NCBI GenBank assembly: GCA_047495785.1
Contig: JBLDXI010000016.1
Coordinates: 124,001 to 188,000 of the forward strand
Length of the DNA stretch: 64,000 bases
From: Lepidodermella squamata
Taxonomy: Eukaryota > Animalia > Gastrotricha
Reading direction: 5' to 3'
Shown here: one piece after another, positions 36,749 through 48,056 of the stretch
How the letters are laid out: each line of letters opens with the position of its first letter
Position numbering within the stretch: the stretch's first letter is position 1
Translations under genes and position numbers: made by a program
The notes under the pieces: generated by a model
Told to the model about the DNA's origin: nothing
The model's input: the letters and a program-made list of their open reading frames with translations, nothing else
Database searches by the model: none

Positions 36749-37367
36749 TAACTTTTTTCTAACTTTTTTAAAATTGTCGCAAAGGTGTTCACTTATACGA
36801 AAAATCGCCATTTTTCAAGTCTTTCCAGGCGGTAAACTAGACCGAAAAATTTCGAGAAAAATATTATGTTCTTATTCGATTTTTGGGGTGATTCCCGATC
36901 GCCCAACATGTTTCACCCAACCACGCACTCGCTCAATTAATTCGCCCAACCAATTCGCCCAACTTATGTACTATAAATTAAACTTGAAATGGTTTGCGCG
37001 CGCCCCGCAAACATTTTTCCAGGGAATTTGAGAAAATAATTAAAAATCGATAAAGTTACAATGGGCGGATAGGGCTCTGAGTGAATAAAAGTTCGCGTGC
37101 CAACTTTTTCACGTTTTAGTGTGAATTTATTTGCTATAGGAAGATCGTTACTTTCTGATCTGTATAGAGTTGGATATGCTCCTAATTTTTCTTAAAATTT
37201 CTGCGATTCTCATGAACAACATTTCAGCCGGTTTTCAGACGAGCAAAGTGAGCCACGAGCTAACGCCTTTTCCGAAGATTTTATCCGGAAATTTGACCAA
37301 AAACCAACTAATTCTTCGCAATTACCAAGTTTCATGAAAATCAACAGGCGACTCCCAGTTTGAGAAG

Positions 37368-37597
37368 CAGGGTGCGATCTTCGATCCCCGAGCTCCCGGG
37401 GATGGAAAAATTTTTGTTGCTGTTTTTGCCAAAATGACGAGTCATTTCGGCTAATAACCGAGCGAAGCGAGAAAATCTTGGAGATTTTCCACTAAAACGC
37501 GCCTCAGAACCTTCCAAAATTAACAAGACAGTGGGATACATTTTCATTTTGTTGTCTGGCCCAGCCGAGCCCCCCCCCCCCTGAAAGTCGCACACTG
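37368..37597. mobile_element. hAT-like MITE (230 bp)
   Basis: TIRs CAGGGTGCGA / TCGCACACTG; 8-bp TSD TTGAGAAG; empty site at 30371-30378. Confidence 0.92.
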
Positions 37598-37763
37598 TTG
37601 AGAAGCCCTGGTTTATCAGCTCGTCAGGTCGATACCTTGAATCACCGTCTTAACGCGCTATTTATACCAGTTTTATGATTTAGAGAAGCAGTAGAAGCAC
37701 CAGGCGTTATTACAATTCATGAAGAACTGCCCTGTATATTGAACCAGCCCTGAGCCCTAACCC

Positions 37764-37975
37764 TGTAACGATGTGCCGGGTGGCGGCTGGCATCTACGCA
37801 ATGACTAAGAACAATATTGTGACTCTCATGTGACAGCTAATGAGGAAGAGATCGCGTGTTCGACTCAGATTTGTATCGCTAATATATAAGGCCTTGAAAC
37901 CCAACGATCAATGTTCGATACATTCACAATAAAGTATAGAAAAGTGCCTGGCCAAGTCTAGATGTTTCCCTGACA
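37764..37975 (+). mobile_element. Solo LTR (212 bp)
   Basis: TGT...ACA termini, 5-bp TSD AACCC on both sides, internal TATATAA (~37883) and AATAAA (37928). Confidence 0.8.
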
Positions 37976-38335
37976 AACCCTTATTTGAGACCAGTATCTT
38001 AACCTTGCAAAAATGAGTATTTTCATGTTATGCCTCTGATCTTGGGTGAATAAGGACTGCATGAAGGTTTGAAGAACTTCGGCATGGACGCCGAGACCTT
38101 GAATTTAATTAACCACAGCGAGCTGAGCGAGCTTTAACTGACTGTTGCCGATAATCATGGCTGAAAATAGTCCAAAAATTGCTTCATAATTGCATGTTTT
38201 CCATAAATTCCATATAAATTAACCGTAATCTTGGCCTAAATCAAGAGCCCTTTTCATCAACAAAAATGCGCCTGGTCTTGGAACTGACAGCACCGTTGGA
38301 TTCAGCGCAAAGTTCTGTTTAATTATATGTTACAC

Positions 38336-38485
38336 CAGTGCGTGAAGCCTGAAGTAGGATCCTCGAACTAAGGGGTATTTTTATGGCGAAAGGGTATCCC
38401 CTCAGCTTTTTTCGTGGATTTCACCCCTTGGCCTTGCGAACTGGGGGGTACGATACCCTCCATTACCCCCGTACTTCGCGCACTG
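38336..38485. mobile_element. hAT-like MITE (150 bp)
   Basis: TIRs CAGTGCGTGAAG / CTTCGCGCACTG; 8-bp TSD TGTTACAC. Confidence 0.9.
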
Positions 38486-38740
38486 TGTTACACGTTAGGA
38501 TTCGAGGCAAAACTGGGTGATTGGCAATAAAGCATTAAATTTATTGCACCCCTAGTCATCTCGAGATCGGTAATCTTTGAAAAATCTGAACTAGCGATCA
38601 GCTACATCTACAGACACGAAGATGGGATCAGCTACACTTTTTCCCAAGTGAACTTGTTTGTGATAACACATGTTGTGTACTGTGTTTTTTAATGTTTGAA
38701 TGCTAGCTTCTTGAAAGACATTTGTACGGTTTTTGTCAGA

Positions 38741-39520
38741 ATGGCCACTGGAAGGCGAAAGCTGGTAGGCAGACTTGATAACGAGGGGAATAACGGCAGC
38801 CCGTCTTATCCGAAAGAGTTGACCAAAGAGCTGATGGCATCAATCAACAGAGGTGGTGTGGATAGCATGATGGAGTCACTTGCGAAATATTGTGATCATT
38901 GGAAAACAGTGCCTGTCGATATCGCGTTCTGTGGGCCAGTCAAAAGCGGAAAATCCACCGCGATCAATCGACTTCGAAACTTGAACGCGGAGCACAAAGA
39001 TGCTGCGGAGATTGATGTTGTACACTGAACAAAAGAACCGACGCGGTACCCTCACCCTGACAATGAACGCTTCAATCTGTGGGATCTTCCCGGCGCTGAT
39101 GGCGAAGGATTTCCAGTCGCTAGCTACCTAGATAATCCTGTGATCAAGTTCAACACCTACGATTACTTTGTATTCATAACTTCGAACGCTTTTACTGAAA
39201 CGGACGCTAAACTGGCAAAGAAGATATGCGATCGTAAAGGAAGCGACAAAGTCATCTTTATTCGAACGAAGGTGGCAATCGATGTTATGAATCAGTCATG
39301 GAGCCATCCCAGCACCTATGAAAAAGAAGCCGTTGTTGCAAAGCTTCGAAAGGAGTACTCACCCAGGTTGAAAGCCATTGGAATTCCTGAGAGCCGCATT
39401 TTCTCGTAGACTGCCTTTCCGGTGCGCCTTTTCGTGATTCGAAAGGCCAGCTCATCGGCTGCCTGCAGTTGGGCAAGCTGAAAGAGTGCATCATCAATGA
39501 CTTCTCAGGTAAATGATTAT
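38741..39520 (+). pseudogene. Immunity-related/interferon-inducible GTPase (IRG/IIGP, GKS type) pseudogene
   Basis: IAFCGPVKSGKSTAIN.LR, VVH*T...YPHP, LWDLPG, YDYFVFI, D..LAK.I, FIRTKV. In-frame TGA at 39026-39028; 1-nt frameshift near 39400 (RI-FLVDC); C-terminal half missing. Confidence 0.88.
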
Positions 39521-39855
39521 TATACCTCTAATCTAAGTCGTAGACCTCTAACTGACGTAAAAACGCCTAAATCCGAGTTTTTCAACGTAAAAGTTTGTCT
39601 CTGGAAAAACGACATAAAAATTGAAAATTTTGGCGAAACCGGCTCGTTTTTTCTTACTATTTATTTTCACTCGTCACTATTCAAGAATTTTTGATTCTCT
39701 TTGCACTCGGGTGAAGTTTTTTCACACAGCTTCTTTGTAAACAACGGTTGATGGTAATAAAATCCGACAAAGAAAAGCAATAAAAGGTCTTCCACGTGGA
39801 ATTTAATAACAAAATTCAGTGCATATCAATAATATGTTCAATTATAATAAATAAT

Positions 39856-39973
39856 AAACAATAATAAACGTTCAATGCAGGTTTAGCAGAGCTTCATAGC
39901 CAGACATTCGGGATAAAAGGCATGTCTGGCTATGAAGCTCTGCTAAACCTGCATTGAACGTTTATTATTGTTT
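39856..39973. repeat. Perfect ~52-bp-stem hairpin with a 15-nt loop
   Basis: aaacaataataaacgttcaatgcaggtttagcagagcttcatagccagacat-loop-atgtctggctatgaagctctgctaaacctgcattgaacgtttattattgttt. Confidence 0.9.
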
Positions 39974-40299
39974 TGGACGTGAGCTGCTGGACAAAGCTGG
40001 GTTTTGCTGGAAAGTGTCAACTAAAATTTTGCTGGACTTGCGATTTGCTATCGAGCACTATATATAGACATAATATTAATATAGACTGACTACTCACGAG
40101 AAAAGTGGTGCGCTTCACCTGGTTACGACAGGCAGCGATTGAAAACGAATGGATACGATGCTTATTGGCATTCAAAAATGCATGTCCCACATGTAAAAAC
40201 AGACAACGGGGTTTGCCATAGCTTGAAGAGTTTCTATCCCTGGTATGAACGGCCTACCATAATATGAATTCTTGAGAATTCCTAGAAGAGTGTGTTTGT

Positions 40300-40569
40300 T
40301 TACCACACGTTGCATGTTGCCGATGCCACAGTTGGGCCGATACCAGGTATAAGTTTGACAGCTTCCTCGCCTAAACTCTGAGCAAGGGTTTTATTTTTGC
40401 TTATCCGCGTTATCAACTGCTTAGCCAATTTCGGCGCAAGTTTCGCAAAACTCTCAGTTGCAATCCACGCCAAACCAGACGATGCATTGGATTGGCAGCA
40501 AAATTCAATTACGGAGCTGAACTGCCTGAATTTTGCCCGAACTGGGCATAAGAAATTTTTCGATCTCAA
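40300..40569 (-). pseudogene. Possible IRG-like C-terminal helical fragment (partly duplicated at ~30890-30985)
   Basis: ...LGEEAVKLIPGIGPTVASATC resembles the EE..K.IP.IG..VA amphipathic segment near IRG C-termini; no start or GTPase domain attached. Confidence 0.4.
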
Positions 40570-41013
40570 GAGGATAATTAACAGTTAATTATTGTTGACA
40601 CTAGCTGCATCTCTGATCTAAAAAATGCACAACTTGTCGCTCAGTTTTTTATTGATTTTATATCATTCACGTATAGACATCTCAGGATGATGAGCCGTAG
40701 AGCATTACCGGCTGCGCTGACTTATTCCTTATATTTCATTATCAAGCTGACTAGTAAAGACAGTATCAAGCACTTAATTACGAAATAAAATTGTTCCTTA
40801 CGCCTTCATAATCTCTAAAAATACGAAACTTGTCGTTTGGTTGAGGCTTACTACAGTCGTGATTGGTTGTTAGGAGAAACCCATCGCTAAGAAATTAGAA
40901 ACGCGCTGTTGTCAAGTTGATGATGTTCTTCTAACTTTACATCAACACATCTCAGTCTCAACAAAATATCATTGCTGTGAAACTTTGAATACAGCTGCTT
41001 TTGTTATCAAATT

Positions 41014-42302
41014 ATGGACAAAATGGACTTGGAATACGATTGGATGTTCGGATTTATTCCAGAGAAAGGCTTCAAGGGCGCGAGGCCTTACTTCCTTGGA
41101 TGGTATCACGATGTCCATTCCAAGTCGATCGAAGACCGGCTTCCCTATGTGATTATTCTCTGCATCCTGACTTTCGCCGTTCTTATTGCAACAATCGCCA
41201 ATGCTATAGTTTTCTACAAATGGCGGGTTAGGTTGCATTTTCTGACTTGTTCGGCCATTCTTGGAGGCATCAATTTTATATGCTGTCTATATATAACAAT
41301 ACCCCACATCATAACCCTCGAAACAGGATTTTGGGAGTCAGATAACGATGATTGCCGCTACCTTGCTTTGTTTTCATTCTTCTTTGGAACATTCAGCTTT
41401 TTCGTAATGTCGTTGATGAGTCACGATTGGAAGCATTTCATTGAACTAGTCAGCCAAAGTCAACCGATAACCGCTATAAAAGTGAATTTTGCATTACTGT
41501 TCTTCAATCGTCTTCAAACATATAGATATTTATTTTTTAGCGTTCCGCTTTGGATCATGTTCTAATCTTCCGTATGCTGGGGTTTGGGGGCTGTTCTGCG
41601 GGAATTTCGACCATCATTCCTTTTACCGTCGGTGTTGGAAATTGGAACGCCTCAGGAGTAGCAAATGCTACTGAACAAGCTTACTGTGGCAATTTAGTCT
41701 CCAAGCTTGGTGATACTGATACTTCAATCTTTCTGACGGTCTGCAACTTTGTTGTTCTTCTGATGGTCGGCCCCAGTATTTTCTTCGACTATAGGTCGAT
41801 TTTCAGGATGCTTGAAAAGCTATCGAAAGGCGCACCATCCCCATCGTGCTCACCAGCTCTCTCACACAAGGAGTTATCAACGAATGAGTCCAGTAATCCC
41901 GATGCTGAGCTTTTACCTGCTGAATGCCAGGCTATCGACATATTCCTCATAAAGCAATCCATTGCGGTTGTTGTCATCTCTGTCATTTGCCGCATTCCTT
42001 TGCTGATTTCAGTGGGTTTGCTGCCGTTCTACGATTCAGTTGGGCCGTTCGCTCTGCGAACTTGGACGCATCGGACAGCCGTGATAATAATGATGGTACA
42101 AATGGCTGTCACGCCGGTTTTACAATGCTTGCCACCTGAATTCTTTCGCTATATTATGGGGCTTAGGCGTGGATCTGATAACCAAAAGCAGTCATCGTTC
42201 GCTTCATATTTGGAGACGTCACAGGAATTTTGGGAGGTCAAGGAAGGCGAAACTGAAGAGCTAATATCAGCCGACCCGAAGTTAGCAATTTCGCTACCAT
42301 AA
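41014..42302 (+). CDS. Divergent rhodopsin-class GPCR, paralog 4 (intron 41482-41540), with a unique C-terminal tail
   Basis: A 59-nt GT-AG intron joins the two ORFs; segments match paralogs 2 and 3 alternately. Confidence 0.85.
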
Positions 42303-42655
42303 TCATGACATTCATATTTTTCTGGTTCCAAACCAGCTATTCATCTTTTGCTAATTCTGTGGCGTGCTACTCTTTGATTTAATTTCAGTCGAGTTTCACC
42401 CGTCATTTTTTGGCCGTCCTCGAAAGTCAGTCTAATAAGTATTTTTGTTGTCAGGCCTATATACTTGAATCAGGTCTCTGAATGGAAATGTTAACCTATA
42501 GACTACCAGACTACTAGGGTCCTCCTAAGCGAGCTTGCACGAATTTGAAAATGCAATTTCAATGTTCAATTTTGTTTTGTAAACATTTTTTGTTATAAAT
42601 CTGTAACCCATAAACAAATAGGCTCAGAGTTCAGAGTTCAGACATTATTTAATTA

Positions 42656-43075
42656 TTACTGGTAATGTCCTGAATGCTGCGTATTATTCTGCGAAATTGC
42701 CCGAATCGATCTCCGTCCCGCCGAACTACAGCGCAAACCTGTAGATAGGCCTGAGGTCAGAGAAGCAATGAGCACCCACTGCCGGTCTATCAACGCCGCT
42801 CCGTATCGCCTGCTAACTTCTTCGGCCTTCGAGTAGTGGAAGCCTTCCATGTACATGAAAACTTGATACGGGAATTCGCCTGGACCTGCGTCTCTGCCAT
42901 TGATTATTCTCGAAGCTAGGCGATTGTTAGCCGTTGATTGGTTGCCGTAATAACCCCGGCCACGTATCAAGTTGCTATTGGAACCTCGATGGGAGTTGTA
43001 ATTGTTCAAAGTTGCTCCGAAACCGCACTCGTTGGGGTTAAAAGCGCCCAGTAGAGCTTCTGCCCCATTCGCCAA
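42656..43075 (-). pseudogene. Truncated serine protease fragment
   Basis: ECG...RIINGRDAGPGEFPYQV...YGAALIDRQWVLIAS; no catalytic His, similarity lost after this point, no downstream domain found. Confidence 0.7.
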
Positions 43076-44546
43076 GATGAGCAGGTTGCAGCTTTTTGGA
43101 ACATTGAAGCAGCTTTAACATTATGCAGACTTGAAGCTTGGTATTATGTGGCATTGAATAAATAATAACAGACGATTAATAATTTTATTCCCTGAGCATC
43201 GCCTGAAGTGATGGCGAGTTTGCCATATCCATATGAATTAATCCGTATTTACCCTTGAATTTCAAATAAATTTTAAGGTTTTAAATTCGTCCAAAAACTT
43301 GAAAAGAGTAGGTACTTTTGCTGCAGAAGTTAAATTTTTTGTAATTTTTTGCCAATCCGTGTGGTAAAACATCCAATTATTCGGAGATGTAATGAAAATT
43401 CTGGTTTCGCTCTGAGGTTCCTATTGAAGCGATCCTATTGAAGTTACCTGGCTACAGCACTAGAATTTTGAGTATTGGGACCGAGTTTCCGGAATCTCTG
43501 AGGTTTCCTCGCTTTGAAGCCTTTGTAACTCTGCGATTTTCATCTTTACTAAGCCACATGGTTCCATCAGCTTCATAGACACGTTTCGGATGCTCCAAGA
43601 CTTCCAAAAAATCACTGATATTTGCAAAATCGATACTTGGGATCGATACGCTGAAATAAACTGGCCAACAATACGTGAAGCTCAAAACCTGAATTTCAGG
43701 CAAACCTAGCGCTGGAACCCTAAATTTAGGGTACCCGCTCGACCCGCCCATTTCCTAACACTTTGGGGAAGATTCCATGCTGTATAGAAACTATTTTAAG
43801 GTCCTTGCCGCACTTCGATTTTTCAAGCAATTCTAAAATTTTCGATTGAAAAGCTTTTAATTTCAGGAAATTTCAATATAAAATTTTATGGGCAACAATT
43901 ATCAACCTCGTCACAGAAACCTTCCCATTTCTTCACGTCTCTCGATAAATTTGATTCTATTATTTTTAAATTAATAACAAAAAACTTTAATCGCAAAAAG
44001 TCGGGATTTATCCGCATTTTATCAAGGTATTTTCAAATTTGTCATTGCCCCAGCCTTCAAACGCGCGATAATAGGATAACAATAATAAATATGCGACTCA
44101 ACCTTGAAAAGCCACGCTTAGATTCATCATTTCTCAAATTTTCTGTCAATTTATTCATTCTCTCGTGCTGGGTATTGTTAAACTAAATATCACACTTGTT
44201 AATCTGTCGTCAAATTTCTACCTCATCATTAGTTTCAGAAATATTCTTAATCATACTTTGATATTTGATAAGCATGAGCAACCAAGCTTAAAATTCCAAG
44301 AGAAATGCATAAAAACCCCAGCACGCGTTGATGCTGAGCTCATAATCTTAAAAATTATGAATGAAATCTCCAAACCCTTGATTGTAATCTCAAGAGCACA
44401 CGCCGCCCATTACCTGACGCGCGGCATAAAACACATAGAGATAATGACATTGAAGAAAATTAGCATTAGAGATGAAAAAGATGATGATGGGCACGGTGCG
44501 CACAAATTGACCGGTGCGCGCAACAAAGCGGGCTATTAAACCAGAG

Positions 44547-44591
44547 TAATAATAATAATAATAATAATGCCACAGGTAATAATAATAATAT
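44547..44591 (+). repeat. (AAT)n microsatellite
   Basis: Two runs of taa/aat trinucleotides. Confidence 0.8.
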
Positions 44592-44979
44592 TGTCATGAA
44601 CCCGCGCACGTTTTTTTATTTACGCGCGCGCGCACATATAGCCACACGTATATAAAAAAATCTGACAAGAGATGATGATGAAGAGATGGCGAACTGTGTT
44701 GCCGGCTGTTTCGCGGTGTAACAAGCCGCTCGAGGAGACTTGTTTTCAGCCACTCATTACCTATTACTACTAGTGTTTTTGTCACTGTAACTCGAATGTG
44801 TTGATTATCTTTTGCTCCGGCTTTGCAGGCGCCGGAAATCTCAATTAGGTCCCTAAGTGCCTGATAATATTTTTCACAGCTTGCTGAATTACACTCAGTG
44901 CGGAGTAATTTCCCGGCTGTTTTTCCACCGCGGGCAAATAAATTTAAAATTACATGTTTTTAAGGCACATTAAATCACC

Positions 44980-47552
44980 ATGTATTCTCTTGCAAAAATA
45001 TTCCCGGTGATTTTTGCGATTTTACACGTTGTTTACGGCCAAGGTGAGTCAGTTGTAATTTTTTTTTAATTTAAATTTAAATTTTGAAATTTTTTATAGG
45101 AGAATATGACCAATGCGGAATGTCCTCACCTTACACAGGTAATCCTTTGGCCGTACCTGGGGAGCTGCCTTGGATGGTTAGAAAATTGACTGAATTTTCA
45201 ATGAAAAATTCAATTTTTATGTTTAAGGTTCGATTGGTCATTGCGTTGAGAAATCGGCCGACTTTTGTTCGATGTGCAGGCACCCTGATTTCGAAACAAT
45301 GGGTGCTCACAGCCGCTAGCTGCCTAGTAGGCCAAAATACAACTATTGACACGTAATTTCAATTTTAGTCAACTCAGGTTTTAAAGGAATTTAAAAAATT
45401 TTAATTTCGATTTTTTATCGATTTTTTATATATTTTTCTGAATTAAATTTTACCTTTTCAAATTTTAATTTTTCAATTTTTTCTAAATTAATGTTTATTT
45501 TTTTTTATTTTTTTAGAATTTATGCCTACGTTGGAAGGACGAATTTTACTTCCCCGGAAGCTAGTGAGCAGTTGCGGGTAACAAAGGACTACTACATTCA
45601 TCCCAACTTCACGGCCACATTCGCGGATAGAACGAAAGATTTCGCCTTGATTAGGCTTAACCCCGCCATTCAATTGTCGCGAACTGCGCGACCCATTTGC
45701 CTGCCCACAACTGGGTCATTCGATGACCCAGATTCTGTTCAGTGCGATGACGAGAAGATGGATATGAATAACGCGAATTCGCAGGCTATTGACACATGTA
45801 CTGATGTCACAACTGCTGCTTGGGGTGAAACTGAGGGTAAATTCTTAATTCAGAATTTTTCTCAAAATTTGGAATTTTTAAAAATTTTCGATATTTTCAA
45901 TTTTTTTTTAATTTCAATTAACCTGACAGTTTTTAAATGTTTCATTAATTAAATTCGAAAGCATTTTTTGTTTACCCTCTTTAAATTTTAGATAGAATTA
46001 TTGAAATTAAAATTTCAAATTTTTGAATTTTTGTAGAGCAATACGAAGTTTTCAAATCGCTTCGAAAGGTGGACTTCAACATTATTTCTCGATCAAGCTG
46101 CCAGAGGAGCTTAGGCCGAACCCTGTTATCGAGCCTTGTCTGCGCCGTTCGCCGCAACCGTGACCAAATCACGTGCTCAGGCGACCGTGGCGGTCCGTTA
46201 GTTTGCCAGGGCTTCGATGGCAAATCGTACATGATCGGCGTTTCGACTACAACGAGTGAAGAATGTGGCCAGGATAACGTCGATAAGCCTTTTGTTTATA
46301 CTCGGGTCTGCCGGGTGCTGCCCTGGATCGGCCAAGTCATGCTTTCGAGCTCTAATCAAACAAGATCAATAGCCTCCTCCGAACAGGTAAATTTGGAAAT
46401 ATTTTAAAAATTAAAATTGAAATTTCAAAATTTCAAGAAATTAAAATTCCAATCGTATCATTGAATTTTTTCGATTTATCTTTCAATTTCACGATTTTTC
46501 AGCCATGCACGATTCCTGCCTTGAACAACGGCGTTGTGACGCTTTTCACGACTTCGACTTTAACAGTTGGCCGGGTTCTTGATGCTGATACCCAAATCGA
46601 TATAAACCAAAATATCTCAGTTCAGTGTAAAATCGGATATCGACTGCCGTACAGCAAGGCTAACGCTGGAACCTATGCTGTGTCACAATGCGTCCTTAAC
46701 AACGGAACTATGATATTCAGGCCCGCAGTTCAGGACTGCATTTCAGCCAGTGAGTTATTGTCAAAAAATTCCAGAAATTCTTAACTAAAGCTAATTAAGA
46801 TTTTAGAATTGAGTTTTTATTCACCCTATAATTTTGATTTTTTTTTAAATATTTTTATAGGCTGTCAAAGGCCGCCGGAAATTCCGAATGGTTACTACAA
46901 CCGGATTCCTAGTGGGTCCTTATCACCCGGTACCAGTTTGGATTTTACGTGCAATTACGGGTACCGGTCTACGCTCGGTTCAAGGATAAACTGCTACAGC
47001 GATGGATCGTGGCCTGATGTTTCAGGTGCCTGCCAAGCTATTCCAAAGCGGCTAAAAATCAAAGGTAATGAAAGCGAAATCGCAATTGCAGAATTTGAAA
47101 AAAAATTGAAAAATTTAAATAATGAACATTTTTTAAAACAAATTTGAAAAATTTGAAAAATTAAAAAATTTTGAATTCAAAGTTGAAATTCAAAATTTCA
47201 AAATTTGAAGCTGTTGAAAAATATTTTGAAATTATTTTACACTGAGTTTTAATTTTGTTTTCAAAATTTGGTCATATCTAATGGAGTTTGATCAAGCCTA
47301 ATTTCACTGTAATATATTATTTGCCTTTTAGAGAACAATAGCAGCGATAGTACGATAGTGTCCCAAGACGGAAAAACCTACCGATGCGGCAAAATCAACT
47401 CTGAGAAGGACATAAGCGACGCGGATGTACCCACGCTATGCATCATCAGCTCAGCAACAACGGTCACGCACGACTGGCTATTATCACAAAAAGTGACCCT
47501 ACTCCTCACTGCTGCCTGTGCAATTGTTATTGTCAAAACCACAATTTTCTAA
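44980..47552 (+). CDS. Inactive trypsin-like domain + two Sushi/CCP domains + hydrophobic (GPI-like) C-terminus; ~8 exons
   Basis: Signal exon MYSLAKIFPVIFAILHVVYGQ; PGELPWMV, CAGTLIS..WVLTAASC (His>Ser), KDFAL, PICLP, CSGDRGGPLVC (Ser>Arg); CCP exons (PCTIP.L.NG...C..GY; CQRPPEIPNG...FTCNYGY...C.SDGSW); last exon ends VTLLLTAACAIVIVKTTIF. Confidence 0.85.
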
Positions 47553-48056
47553 CAATAATAATACATTCCGAAAAATAATTTATTATGTGTAAATTAACTT
47601 TTTATAGATTGACGATGAATTATGGTGGAAAAAGTAAAAACTACATGTGATTGAGTTAATGCACCTATAATTAATAGGTGTTTATTATTGTCTTATTTCT
47701 TAGCGAGCGCCTTAAAATAACAAAAATAAATTTTTCACACGAAAAAACCGCGAGCCCTGCCTGATAATATAGCATTTGTTAGTATTATATTAAGGTGGAA
47801 TTGCATAATACAACTGTTAAATACTCGAGCAGCAGACTTCATTAGGCGCGGCTGTCGAGTAACGCTGAGCAGAGGGCGGGCTTTTAACGCGGCGTGAAAG
47901 CGCAACACTAATTACGCGCACTCCAACCAAGCCTCGCGCAATATTATTCGCGCGCGTAATATACCTATATAACATTTTTATTAACTGCGCACGCATATAA
48001 CACACACACACGCAGTCTTCGCTCACTCTGTAATATTATCGCATATATGCGGAAAA

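Noticed and set aside
39026-39028. In-frame TGA in the IRG ORF as selenocysteine or readthrough
   Set aside because: A downstream frameshift (~39400), the degenerate G4 motif and the missing C-terminus indicate a pseudogene; I could not identify a SECIS element.
27406-42302. GPCRs as opsins
   Set aside because: The position equivalent to bovine rhodopsin K296 in TM7 is Met (IIMMVQMAVTP), so there is no retinal-binding Lys.
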